Numbered from the stretch's first letter, positions 6,722 through 15,099 are shown. The stretch is 15,120 nucleotides of DNA from Candidatus Rokuibacteriota bacterium (GCA_044866005.1 JBIOTN010000155.1:1-15120), one strand, 5' to 3'. A program made the numbers and translations. Notes: generated by a model from the sequence alone, not told the origin.

Positions 6722-7690
6722 ATGCGAGCGATCCGCGTCTCTCAGTTCGGCGGCCCCGAGGCCATGAAGCTCGAGGAGCTGCCGCCGCCGACGCCGGGCG
6801 CCGGACAGGCCCTGGTCCGCATCGAGGCCGCCGGCGTCAACTTCATCGACGTCTACCAGCGGAGCGGCCTCTACAAGGGCGCGCTTCCGCTGCCGCTCGG
6901 CCTGGAGGGCGCGGGCGTGGTGGAGGGGATCGGGAGCGGCGTCAGCACGGTCAAGGTGGGCGAGCGCGTCGCGTGGACGGGCGTGCCCGGCTCCTACGCG
7001 ACGCACAACGTCGTGCCCGCCGACCGGCTGGTCGCGCTGCCGGCCGGGCTCGACACGCGCCAGGGCGCGGCCGCGATGCTTCAGGGCATGACGGCCCATT
7101 ACCTCGCCCACGCCTCGTACCCGCTCAAGCCCGGCGACGGCTGCCTCGTCCACGCGGCGGCGGGCGGCGTCGGCCTCCTGCTCTGCCAGATGGCCAAGCG
7201 CGCCGGCGCGCGCGTCATCGGCACGGTCTCGACCGAGGAGAAGGCGAAGCTCGCCCGCGAGGCGGGCGCGGACGAGGTCGTCCTCTACACGAAGCAGGAC
7301 TTCGAGGCCGAGGTGATGCGGTTCACCGGCGGCAAGAAGCTCCAGGTGGTGTACGACTCGGTCGCCAAGGACACCTTCGAGAAGAGCCTGAACTGCCTGG
7401 CGCCCCGCGGCTTCCTCATCCTGTTCGGGCAGTCGAGCGGGCCGATCCCGCCCCTGGACCCGCAGATCCTGAATGCCAAGGGGTCGCTCTACCTCCAGCG
7501 TCCGAGCCTGAACCACCACATCCTGACGCGCGAGGAGCTGCTCCAGCGGGCGGGGGACGTGCTGGGCTGGATCCAGAAGGGCGAGCTCAAGGTCCGGATC
7601 GGCGCGACGTTCCCGCTCGCGCAGGCGGCCGAGGCCCATCGCCAGCTCGAAGGGCGCAAGACGACCGGCAAGGTGCTCTTGCTCCCGTAG
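6722..7690 (+). CDS. qor: NADPH:quinone oxidoreductase (zeta-crystallin/QOR family), 322 aa
   Basis: Motifs: GVNFIDVYQRSGLY, GLEGAGVV, LQGMTAHYL, HAAAGGVG, VVYDSV, FGQSSG, EGRKTTGKVLLLP. AGGAGG RBS. Confidence 0.93.
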   Translation: MRAIRVSQFGGPEAMKLEELPPPTPGAGQALVRIEAAGVNFIDVYQRSGLYKGALPLPLGLEGAGVVEGIGSGVSTVKVGERVAWTGVPGSYATHNVVPADRLVALPAGLDTRQGAAAMLQGMTAHYLAHASYPLKPGDGCLVHAAAGGVGLLLCQMAKRAGARVIGTVSTEEKAKLAREAGADEVVLYTKQDFEAEVMRFTGGKKLQVVYDSVAKDTFEKSLNCLAPRGFLILFGQSSGPIPPLDPQILNAKGSLYLQRPSLNHHILTREELLQRAGDVLGWIQKGELKVRIGATFPLAQAAEAHRQLEGRKTTGKVLLLP

Positions 7691-7745
7691 CCGGTACCGC
7701 GCGCCCGCCCCGGGGCCTGTCGCCGGATCGCCGCCTTCTGACGAC

Positions 7746-7905
7746 CCGCCGCCGCGGGTGGCGCCGACGCTGCCCCGCAGCCGGCCGGGCGACGTGGGAC
7801 CCCTTCAGCCTCCTTTCGCAGTTCGCCAGGACTGCGGAAGGGGCTGAACGGGTGACGCAGCCCGGCCGGACCGGGGCAAGGCGGCGACGGGAGCCGCGGC
7901 GGGGT
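7746..7905 (+). repeat. Long-hairpin structured repeat element (family B), copy 1; candidate ncRNA or MITE/REPIN
   Basis: Ungapped match to 8911-9070 at offset 1165; 133/144 identical over 7754-7897. Folds into nested stems closed by a GCCA loop at 7825-7828. Confidence 0.9.
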
Positions 7906-8879
7906 CAGCCGAGGCGCTGGACGGCGGCGACGATCCGCTCGACGGTCGGCACCGTCTCGCGCTCGAGCGTCTCGTTGAACGGCATCGGGATGTCGTGGGC
8001 CGCGACCCGGCCGACCGGGGCGTCGAGCTCGTCGAAGGCTTCCTCCATCACGGTCGCGGCGACCTCGGCGCCGGCCCCGAAGCTCTTGACGGCCTCGTGG
8101 ACCACCACGAGCCGGTGCGTCCGCCGGACCGAGGCCAGCACCGCCTCCTTGTCCCACGGCCGGATCGTCCGGAGGTCCAGCACCTCGCACGAGATGCCGC
8201 GCTGGCCGAGGAGGTCCGCCGCCTCCAGGCACCGGTGCGCCATCAGGCTGTAGGAGACGAGGGTCACGTCACTTCCCTCGCGCCGCCGCGCCGCCACCCC
8301 GATCCGCTCCAGCCCCTCGCCGTCCGGCACGTCGCCCTTCACGAAGTAGAGGAGCTTGTGCTCGAGGAAGACCACCGGGTTCGGGTTCCGGATGGCGGCG
8401 AGGAGGAGCCCCTTGGCGTCTGCCGGCGTCGCGGGGCAGACCACCACCAGGCCCGGGACGTGCGCGAACCAGGCTTCCAGGCTCTGCGAGTGCTGGGCGG
8501 CGAGCTTCACGCCCGCCCCCTGCGCGGCCCGCACGACGATGGGGACCGTGCCCTTCCCGCCGAACATGTAACGGAGCTTCGCCGCCTGGTTCACGAGCTG
8601 GTCCATCGTCAGCGACAGGAAGTCGACGAAGCCGCCGCACTCGACCACCGGGCGCATGCCCGCGACGGCGGCGCCGATCGCGTAGCCGACGATGGCCGCT
8701 TCCGAGATCGGCGTGTCGCGGACACGGTCCGGCCCGAACTTCTCGAGCAGGCCCCGGCTCGTGGCGAAGATGCCGCCGATCGCGCCGACGTCCTCCCCCA
8801 TGAGGAAGACGCGCGGATCGCGCTCCATCTCTTCGCGGAACCCCTCGCAGATCGCCTCGGCGATGGTCAACGTGTGCAT
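7905..8879 (-). CDS. TPP-dependent 2-oxoacid/acetoin dehydrogenase E1 beta subunit (PdhB/AcoB-like), 324 aa
   Basis: Motifs: MGEDVGAIGGIF, RDTPISE, GMRPVVE, DQLVNQAAK, AAQHSQS, FLEHKLLY, DLRTIRPWD, FDELDAPVGRV. Confidence 0.93.
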   Translation of the reverse strand: MHTLTIAEAICEGFREEMERDPRVFLMGEDVGAIGGIFATSRGLLEKFGPDRVRDTPISEAAIVGYAIGAAVAGMRPVVECGGFVDFLSLTMDQLVNQAAKLRYMFGGKGTVPIVVRAAQGAGVKLAAQHSQSLEAWFAHVPGLVVVCPATPADAKGLLLAAIRNPNPVVFLEHKLLYFVKGDVPDGEGLERIGVAARRREGSDVTLVSYSLMAHRCLEAADLLGQRGISCEVLDLRTIRPWDKEAVLASVRRTHRLVVVHEAVKSFGAGAEVAATVMEEAFDELDAPVGRVAAHDIPMPFNETLERETVPTVERIVAAVQRLG

Positions 8880-8910
8880 GCGCGCCTCGTCGCCCGTTCG
8901 TGCGCGTGAG

Positions 8911-9070
8911 CCGCCACGGCGGGTGGCGCCGGCGGCGCCCCGCAGCCGGCCGGGCGGAGTGGGACCCCTTCAGCCTCCTTTCGCAGCTCGCCAGAGCTGC
9001 GGAAGGGGCTGAACGGGTGACGCAGCCCGGCCGGACCGGGGCAAGCCGGCGACAGGACCCGCCGTGGCGG
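8911..9070 (+). repeat. Long-hairpin structured repeat element (family B), copy 2
   Basis: Perfect 14-bp terminal inverted repeat CCGCCACGGCGGGT (8911-8924) / ACCCGCCGTGGCGG (9057-9070). Inner stems CGCCGGC, GCCCCG, CCGGCCGGGC, TTCAGCC and GCAGCTC-GCCA-GAGCTGC. An extra CCCGCCGTGGCGGG follows at 9076-9089. Confidence 0.9.
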
Positions 9071-9095
9071 GGCGGCCCGCCGTGGCGGGCCGGCA

Positions 9096-10091
9096 TCAGA
9101 ACGGCGCATAGACGTCGGTGAACATCTCCTCCAGCGCGGGGTCGGGCGAGCCCTCGGCGAACTCCACGGCGTCCTCGATCTCCTTGGCGATCGTCCGCTG
9201 GATCTCCGCGACCTGCGCCGCCGACAGGACGCCCGCCTTGCCCAGCTCCCGCTCGGCCAGCGCGATCGGGTCGCGCTGCCGCCACTCCAGCTCTTCCTCG
9301 CGCGCGCGGTAGGCCCGCGTGTCGGGCCGCATCGCGGAGTGGCCGTACCAGCGGTAGGTCTTGCACTCCAGCAGCGTGGGCCCCTGGCCGGCCCGGGCCC
9401 GCGCCAGCGCGTCGCGCGTCGCCCGCACCACCGCCCGCAGGTCGTTCCCCGCCACCTGGAGGCCCGGGAAGCCGAACCCCTGGGCGCGGTCGGCGAGCTG
9501 CTTGAGCGCCGTCATCTTCTCCGCCGGGGTGGAGAGCGCGTACATGTTGTTCTCGCAGACGAAGAGGACGGGAAGCTGCCAGATGGCGGCCATGTTCATC
9601 GACTCGAACACCACGCCCTGGTTGATCCCGCCGTCGCCGAAGAAGCAGACGACCGCCTGCCCCGTCTTCTGGACCTTCGCGGCGAGCGCGGCGCCGCCGG
9701 CGATCGGCGCGCCGCTCCCGACGATCCCGGTACACCCGATGATGTACTGGTCGAGGTCGGCGATGTGCATGGAGCCGCCCTTGCCCTTGTTCGAGCCCGT
9801 GCGCTTGCCGTAGAGCTCCGCCATCATCCCGGGCGTCCGCATCCCCTTGGCGATGCAGTGCCCGTGGCCGCGGTGGTTCGACACGATGTAGTCCTTGGGC
9901 TCGAGGACGCCGCAGACGCCGGCTGCCACCGCCTCCTGGCCCACCGACGGATGGGCGGTGCCCTTGATCTTCCCTTCCTTGAGGAGCGGCATGATGCGCT
10001 CCTCGAACTGGCGGATGCGGACCATGACGGTGAAGAGCTCGACCCACGTGTCGGCCGGGAGGCCGTCGAGCGTTTTCGGGGGAGCGGCCAT
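9096..10091 (-). CDS. TPP-dependent 2-oxoacid/acetoin dehydrogenase E1 alpha subunit (PdhA/AcoA-like), 331 aa
   Basis: From MAAPPKT. Motifs: RIRQFEE, GQEAVAAG, SNHRGHGH, GKGGSMH, TPP motif GDGG..ENN, KTYRWYGHS. GAGGAG RBS before the ATG at 10091. Confidence 0.93.
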   Translation of the reverse strand: MAAPPKTLDGLPADTWVELFTVMVRIRQFEERIMPLLKEGKIKGTAHPSVGQEAVAAGVCGVLEPKDYIVSNHRGHGHCIAKGMRTPGMMAELYGKRTGSNKGKGGSMHIADLDQYIIGCTGIVGSGAPIAGGAALAAKVQKTGQAVVCFFGDGGINQGVVFESMNMAAIWQLPVLFVCENNMYALSTPAEKMTALKQLADRAQGFGFPGLQVAGNDLRAVVRATRDALARARAGQGPTLLECKTYRWYGHSAMRPDTRAYRAREEELEWRQRDPIALAERELGKAGVLSAAQVAEIQRTIAKEIEDAVEFAEGSPDPALEEMFTDVYAPF

Positions 10092-10123
10092 CGACACTCT
10101 CTCCTCGGGGCGGCCGGCGCCGC

Positions 10124-11110
10124 TCAGCGGGCGCCGAGCACCCCCGGGTTCACGACACACTCGGCGGCGGGCGGCTGGCCGCGGCGGACGGCCAGGATCG
10201 CGTCGATCGCCCGGTTCGCCATCGCGGCCTCCGAGGTGAGGTCCACGCCGGCGACGTGCGGGCTCACGATCACGTTCTCCAGCTCGAAGAGCGGCGAGGT
10301 CGTCGCGGGCTCGCGCTCGAACACGTCGAGGCCGGCGCCGGCCAGGCGGCCGGTCGTCAGCGCGTCGTAGAGGGCCGCCTCGTCCACGAGCGCGCCGCGC
10401 GCCGTGTTGACGAGGTAGGCGGTGGGCTTCATGAGCGCGAGGCGCTCGCCGTCGATCAGGTGCCGCGTCTCGGGGCTGGCGGGACAGTGGAGCGTCACGA
10501 GGTCGGCCCGGCGCAAGAGCTCCGGGAGCGGGACGAGCTCGATCCCGTGCTCGCGCACGAAGGCCAGGTCGGGCGCGGGCTCGACCGCCAGGATCCGCAT
10601 CTCGAAGCCCCGGCAACGCCGCGCCACGGCTCGCCCGATGCGCCCGAGGCCCACGATCCCCAGCGTCGCCCGCCACAGGCCCGGCCGGAACTCCGTCCGC
10701 CAGACGCCCTGGGTGACGAGCCGATGGTTCTGGAGGAGCCCGCGCTGGAGTGCGCACATCAGGCCGACCGCGTAATCGGCGACCGCCTCGTGGTTCGCGC
10801 CGACCGCCGTGCACACGACGACGCCGTGTCGCGTGGCGGCCTCGACGTCGATCAGGTCGAAGCCCACCCCCCAGCGCGAGACGATGCGCAGCTCGGGGGC
10901 GCTCGCGAAGACGCGCGCCGTGTACGGCTCGCCGCTGGCGAGCGTGGCGACGACGCCGGGGAGCGCCTCGATCAGCTCGGCCTCGGTGAGCTTCCCGTCT
11001 TTTCCTCGCCGGCGTACGACCTCGAGGCCCTCGGCCTCGAGCCGGCGGAGGTAGGGGGCTTCGCGGTCGTGGATGTGGGAGACGGTGACGAGGACGCGGT
11101 TCGCCGCCAT
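10124..11110 (-). CDS. D-isomer-specific 2-hydroxyacid dehydrogenase (phosphoglycerate-dehydrogenase-like, no ACT domain), 328 aa
   Basis: From MAANRVLVT. Motifs: RWGVGFD, GLGRIG, NTARG, DVFEREP, SPHVAG. Confidence 0.9.
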   Translation of the reverse strand: MAANRVLVTVSHIHDREAPYLRRLEAEGLEVVRRRGKDGKLTEAELIEALPGVVATLASGEPYTARVFASAPELRIVSRWGVGFDLIDVEAATRHGVVVCTAVGANHEAVADYAVGLMCALQRGLLQNHRLVTQGVWRTEFRPGLWRATLGIVGLGRIGRAVARRCRGFEMRILAVEPAPDLAFVREHGIELVPLPELLRRADLVTLHCPASPETRHLIDGERLALMKPTAYLVNTARGALVDEAALYDALTTGRLAGAGLDVFEREPATTSPLFELENVIVSPHVAGVDLTSEAAMANRAIDAILAVRRGQPPAAECVVNPGVLGAR

Positions 11111-11153
11111 CAGTCGCCCCCCGGGCCGCCTGGGATCCGCATCGGTGACGGCT

Positions 11154-11182
11154 GTTATCGCACCAACGCGAAGGGCCGTCAA
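11154..11182 (-). promoter_or_regulatory. Putative promoter of the dehydrogenase-E1alpha-E1beta operon
   Basis: Minus strand TTGACG (11182-11177), 17 nt, then GATAAC (11159-11154) preceded by TG-C. Confidence 0.4.
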
Positions 11183-11238
11183 GGGCCGGGCCCGGCCGTC
11201 CCGCGCCCGGCGCACACCGGCCGGTGTATCGTGGGACC

Positions 11239-12450
11239 GTGACGGACGCGTCCGACGTCGCGATCGTCGGCGGCGGCATCGTGGGCCTCGCCACGGCGCG
11301 CGCCCTCGGCGAGCGCGCGCCGCACGCGCGGCTCGTGGTCCTGGAGAAGGAGCCGGCGCTCGCCACTCACCAGACGGGCCACAACAGCGGCGTCATCCAC
11401 TCCGGGATCTACTACCGGCCCGGCTCCGACAAGGCCCGTCTCTGCGTGGAGGGCGCCCGGCTCATGCGCGAGTTCTGCGCGGCGCAGGGGATCCGCGTGG
11501 ACGTCCCCGGCAAGGCCATCGTGGCCACGACGGCGGCGGAGCTGCCGCGGCTCCAGGCCCTCTACGAGCGCGGCCTGGCCAACGGCGTTCCCGGTCTCGC
11601 CCTCGTCGAGCCCGCCCGGCTGCGCGAGATCGAGCCGCACGCCGCGGCGCTGCGCGCCATCCACTCGCCGACCACCGCGGTCGTGGACTTCGGCGAGGTG
11701 GCGGCGGCGCTGGCCCGGGAGCTCGCGGCCCGCGGGGTCGCCATCGTCACGCAGGCACGCGTCACCGCGATCGCCCGCCCCGCCGGCGGCCTCGAGCTCC
11801 GGACGCCCGGGGCGGCCGTCCGGACGCGGCGGCTCGTCAACTGCGCCGGGCTCTACGCGGACCAGGTCGCCCGGCTCGCCGGGGTGCGGCCCGACGTCCG
11901 CATCGTCCCGTTCCGCGGCGAGTACTATCTGCTGCGTCCCGAGCGGCGCGGGCTGGTGCGCGGGCTGATCTATCCCGTGCCGGACCCGGCCTTCCCGTTC
12001 CTCGGCGTCCACCTCACGCGCACCGTGCACGGCCGCGTGGAGGCGGGGCCGAATGCCGTGCTCGCGTTCGCCCGCGAGGGCTATCGCTTCGGCCGGGTCC
12101 ACCCGCGCGAGCTGGCCGCCACGCTCGCGTACCGGGGCTTCTGGGCGATGGCCCGCCGCTACTGGCGCACCGGGTCGTACGAGCTCGTCCGCTCGCTCAG
12201 CAAGGCGGCGTTCGTCCGGGCCCTCCGGCGCCTGGTGCCCGAGATCCGGGCCGACGACCTCTCGCGCGGCGGCGCCGGGGTCCGCGCCCAGGCCGTCGCC
12301 CCGGACGGCTCGCTCGTGGACGACTTCCGGATCGCCGTGACCGAGGACGCCATCCACGTCCTGAACGCGCCGTCCCCCGCCGCGACCGCCTCGCTCGCCA
12401 TCGGCCGTCACATCGCCGCGCTCGCCGCGGAGACGTTCGGCCTCCGCTGA
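11239..12450 (+). CDS. lhgO: L-2-hydroxyglutarate oxidase/dehydrogenase (FAD-dependent), ~403 aa
   Basis: Motifs: GGGIVGLA, HQTGHNSGVIHSGIYYRPGS, NCAGLYAD, PFRGEYY, IYPVPDP.FPFLGVH, GPNAV, GVRAQA, NAPSPAAT. The GTG at 11239 is preferred over the one at 11224. Confidence 0.92.
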   Translation: MTDASDVAIVGGGIVGLATARALGERAPHARLVVLEKEPALATHQTGHNSGVIHSGIYYRPGSDKARLCVEGARLMREFCAAQGIRVDVPGKAIVATTAAELPRLQALYERGLANGVPGLALVEPARLREIEPHAAALRAIHSPTTAVVDFGEVAAALARELAARGVAIVTQARVTAIARPAGGLELRTPGAAVRTRRLVNCAGLYADQVARLAGVRPDVRIVPFRGEYYLLRPERRGLVRGLIYPVPDPAFPFLGVHLTRTVHGRVEAGPNAVLAFAREGYRFGRVHPRELAATLAYRGFWAMARRYWRTGSYELVRSLSKAAFVRALRRLVPEIRADDLSRGGAGVRAQAVAPDGSLVDDFRIAVTEDAIHVLNAPSPAATASLAIGRHIAALAAETFGLR

Positions 12451-12496
12451 CGAGCCCGCCGGCCTGGGGGGCGAGCGGCGGCCCGGCCGCGCGCTT

Positions 12497-13465
12497 TCAG
12501 GCCCGGGCTTCGGGGTTCACGACGTGGAGGCGCTCGCCGCGGAGGTAGGCCTCCAGCGTCGCGATGGCGATCCGGAGCATGTTCGCCGCCGCCTCCTTCG
12601 TGTTGTAGCCGATGTGCGGGGTCAGGAGCACGTTCGGCAGCGTCCGGAAGACGTAGTCCGCGGGCGGCGGCTCCTCGTCGTGCACGTCCAGCGCGGCGCC
12701 GGCGATCTTCCGGGCCGCGAGGAGCTCGGCGAGCGCGGCGGTGTCGGCCACGCGGGCCCGGGCCGTGTTCACGAGATAGGCCTCCGGCCTGAGCCGGGCG
12801 AGGAGGGCGCGCGAGACGAGCCCGTGCGTCGCCTCGTTGTAGGCGAGGTGGAGCGTCACGACGTCGGCGCGGCTGAACAGCTCCGGCAGCTCGACCAGGG
12901 CGAGCCCGTGCTGCGCCCGCTCCGGGCCCGGCCGCCGCGTCCAGCCGAGAAGCCGCATGCCGAGGCCGGCGCCGAGCCGCGCGACCTCCATCCCGATCGG
13001 CCCGAGCCCCACGATTCCGAGCGTCTTGCCGCGGAGCTCTACCCCCTGGAAGCTGCCCGGCTCCCAGCGGCCCGCACGGAAGCTCGCGAAGGCCGGCCCG
13101 ATGTGGCGGGTCAGCGCGAGCATCATGCCGACGGCGTGCTCGGCCACCGAGGTGGCCCCGTAATCCGGCGTGTAGGCGACGATGACGCCGCGACGCGTGG
13201 CCTCCTCCACGTCGATGCAGGTGCGGTAGCCGATGCCCAGGAAGCAGACGAAGCGGAGCCGCGGGCAGGCGCGCAGCACCTCCGCGTCCATCAGCGAGTA
13301 GTCGAGGAAGACGGCGTCCGCGTCCCGGACGCGCGCGATGAAGTCCGCCTTGTCCCGCGGCGCGCCGGGACAGAGGACGAGCTGCCCGAGGCGGCGGAGG
13401 GGCTCGAGCGCCTCGGGGCGCTGGACGAACTCCGCGCCTTCCGGGAACACGATCCGGATCGCCAT
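12497..13465 (-). CDS. D-isomer-specific 2-hydroxyacid dehydrogenase family protein, 322 aa
   Basis: From MAIRIVFPEG. Motifs: SVAEHA, GKTLGIVGLGPIG, NTARA, DVHDEEP, TPHIGY. The ATG overlaps the upstream stop (TGATG). Confidence 0.9.
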   Translation of the reverse strand: MAIRIVFPEGAEFVQRPEALEPLRRLGQLVLCPGAPRDKADFIARVRDADAVFLDYSLMDAEVLRACPRLRFVCFLGIGYRTCIDVEEATRRGVIVAYTPDYGATSVAEHAVGMMLALTRHIGPAFASFRAGRWEPGSFQGVELRGKTLGIVGLGPIGMEVARLGAGLGMRLLGWTRRPGPERAQHGLALVELPELFSRADVVTLHLAYNEATHGLVSRALLARLRPEAYLVNTARARVADTAALAELLAARKIAGAALDVHDEEPPPADYVFRTLPNVLLTPHIGYNTKEAAANMLRIAIATLEAYLRGERLHVVNPEARA

Positions 13466-15099
13466 CAGCCCGCCTGCCCGAAGAGCGCCCGTTCGGCGAG
13501 CGCCATCGGCAGCCCGCCGCTCCCGGCGAGCGTGTCGTGGAACGCGCGGAGCTCGGCGACCCCCGAGCCGCCGCGCGCCGCGAAGTAGCGCTCGCGCAGG
13601 CGCAGGATCTCCAGGCATCCCGTCAGGTACGCCGCGGCCTGCGTCGGCCAGCTGCAGTAGCGGGCGACCTCGGCCCTCGCCGTCGGCTCGGGGAGGTTGG
13701 CCCGCGCCCGCATGAAGCCCACGCCCTCGTCGAAGCTCATCTCGCCCAGGTGGAGGCTCGTGTCCACGACGATCCGCGCGGCCCGAAAGAGCATGGCCTC
13801 GTACTGGCAGAGCTCCTGCCGCGGGTCGGTGAAGAAGCCCTGTTCCCGCATCAGCTGCTCGGCGTACAGCGCCCAGCCCTCGGTGAAGTACGGGGTGCGG
13901 AACGTGCGGCGGACGGCGCTCCCCTGCGCCTTGAGCGTGACGAGGTGCCAGTGGTGGCCGGGATAGGCCTCGTGGACCGCCGTCGTGGGGATGCTCGCGT
14001 AGCTGTTGTTCTCGAGCCGCTTCTGGACCTCCTCCGCCGGGGCGCCGTCCGGCGGGTAGGGGACGAAGAAGTGGCCCGTCAGCGAAGGGGAGAAGGGCGG
14101 CGGGCTCTGATAGGACGCCACGGCGAGGACGGAACGCTGGAACGGCGGCGAGGGCTCGACGCGACACGCTTCGCCCGGGGGCAGGGAGACGAGCCCGCGC
14201 TCCCGGAGGAACCCGCGTGCGCGCTCGGTCCACTCGGCGTAGGCCGCCCGCATCGCCTCGGGGGTCGGCGGGTGGTCCCGGTTGAGCTCGGCGAGCACGT
14301 GCGCCCAGTCGTCGGTGCCGCAGAGCGCCCGGGCCCGCCGCGCCAGCTCGGCAGCGAGGCGGTCGTATTCCCGCCGCCCATGCTCCCGGAGCCCGCGAGC
14401 GTCCCAGCGCAAGAGCTCCTTTTCCCGGAGCAGGCGACTGTACCGCGTCTCGCCGATCGCCCACTCCCCGGTCGCCCGGTCGCGCAGCGCCTCGAGGAAC
14501 GTGGCGAAGGCGTCGAGGGCCGCCGCGCCCGTGCGGCCGGCCTCGGCGAGCGCGGCGCGAAGAGGGGGCGCCGTCACCTCGGCGGGGAGGAGCTCCCGCA
14601 GGTACCGCGCGCCGGCCCGCGCCTGGCCGAGCGCCCGCTCGACATAGACACGCGGGGTCAGCTCCGGGGTCAGGTTGCGCGTCCCGTCGGCGATGACGCG
14701 GGGGAGTGCCCGGAGCCGGGCCACGGCGGAGGCGACGAGGGCGGACTCCGGCCGCAACCGGTGGAGGAAGAGCGTGAAGACCCCGCTCAGGCCGGGGACG
14801 AGATACGTGTCCGGCTGGCGCCGCCAGATCTCCCAGTCCGCCATGATCGCGCGCCCGCGCAGGACGCAGCCGATCAGATCGCGGTCGATGCGCTCGTCGG
14901 GCGTGAGCCCGGCGTCCCCGAGCGCGCCGAACCGCGCCAGCCATGCAGCGCTCCGCTCGCGGCGGCGGGCGAAGGCATCACCCGAGAGGTCGTCGAGCTG
15001 GTCATCGTAGCCCTCGACGCCGAGCTGGCTCGCCATGACCGGCGCGTCGGCGAACTCCTCGCGGAGGAAGGCCGCGGCGACATCCGCAAACGCGCTCAC
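13465..15099 (-). CDS. DUF885 family protein (putative metallopeptidase-like), 544 aa
   Basis: Motifs: HEAYPGHH, FTEGWALYAE, LFRAARIVVDTSLH, EVARYCSWPTQAAAY, FHDTLAGSGGLP. TAGAAT -10 hexamer 8 nt upstream of the GTG. Confidence 0.9.
   Translation of the reverse strand: MSAFADVAAAFLREEFADAPVMASQLGVEGYDDQLDDLSGDAFARRRERSAAWLARFGALGDAGLTPDERIDRDLIGCVLRGRAIMADWEIWRRQPDTYLVPGLSGVFTLFLHRLRPESALVASAVARLRALPRVIADGTRNLTPELTPRVYVERALGQARAGARYLRELLPAEVTAPPLRAALAEAGRTGAAALDAFATFLEALRDRATGEWAIGETRYSRLLREKELLRWDARGLREHGRREYDRLAAELARRARALCGTDDWAHVLAELNRDHPPTPEAMRAAYAEWTERARGFLRERGLVSLPPGEACRVEPSPPFQRSVLAVASYQSPPPFSPSLTGHFFVPYPPDGAPAEEVQKRLENNSYASIPTTAVHEAYPGHHWHLVTLKAQGSAVRRTFRTPYFTEGWALYAEQLMREQGFFTDPRQELCQYEAMLFRAARIVVDTSLHLGEMSFDEGVGFMRARANLPEPTARAEVARYCSWPTQAAAYLTGCLEILRLRERYFAARGGSGVAELRAFHDTLAGSGGLPMALAERALFGQAG

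Noticed and set aside
7746..9070. Family B repeats as a CRISPR array, tRNA, SRP RNA or 6S RNA
   Set aside because: There are only two long copies 1165 nt apart and no cas genes. There is no cloverleaf or SRP helix-8 motif. Duplication inside an operon and the lack of a large central bubble argue against 6S, though only an Rfam search can exclude it.
8867..9109. 80-aa ORF between E1 alpha and E1 beta
   Set aside because: It is the translation of the hairpin repeat; a near-identical peptide appears in ORFs crossing copy 1.
10124..11110. Calling this gene serA, or the E1 genes pdhA/pdhB or acoA/acoB
   Set aside because: Family membership is clear but substrate specificity is not: there is no ACT domain and no E2/E3 context.
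12451..12496. Intrinsic terminator between convergent lhgO and the dehydrogenase
   Set aside because: Only a short GC stem with no convincing U-tract on either strand.
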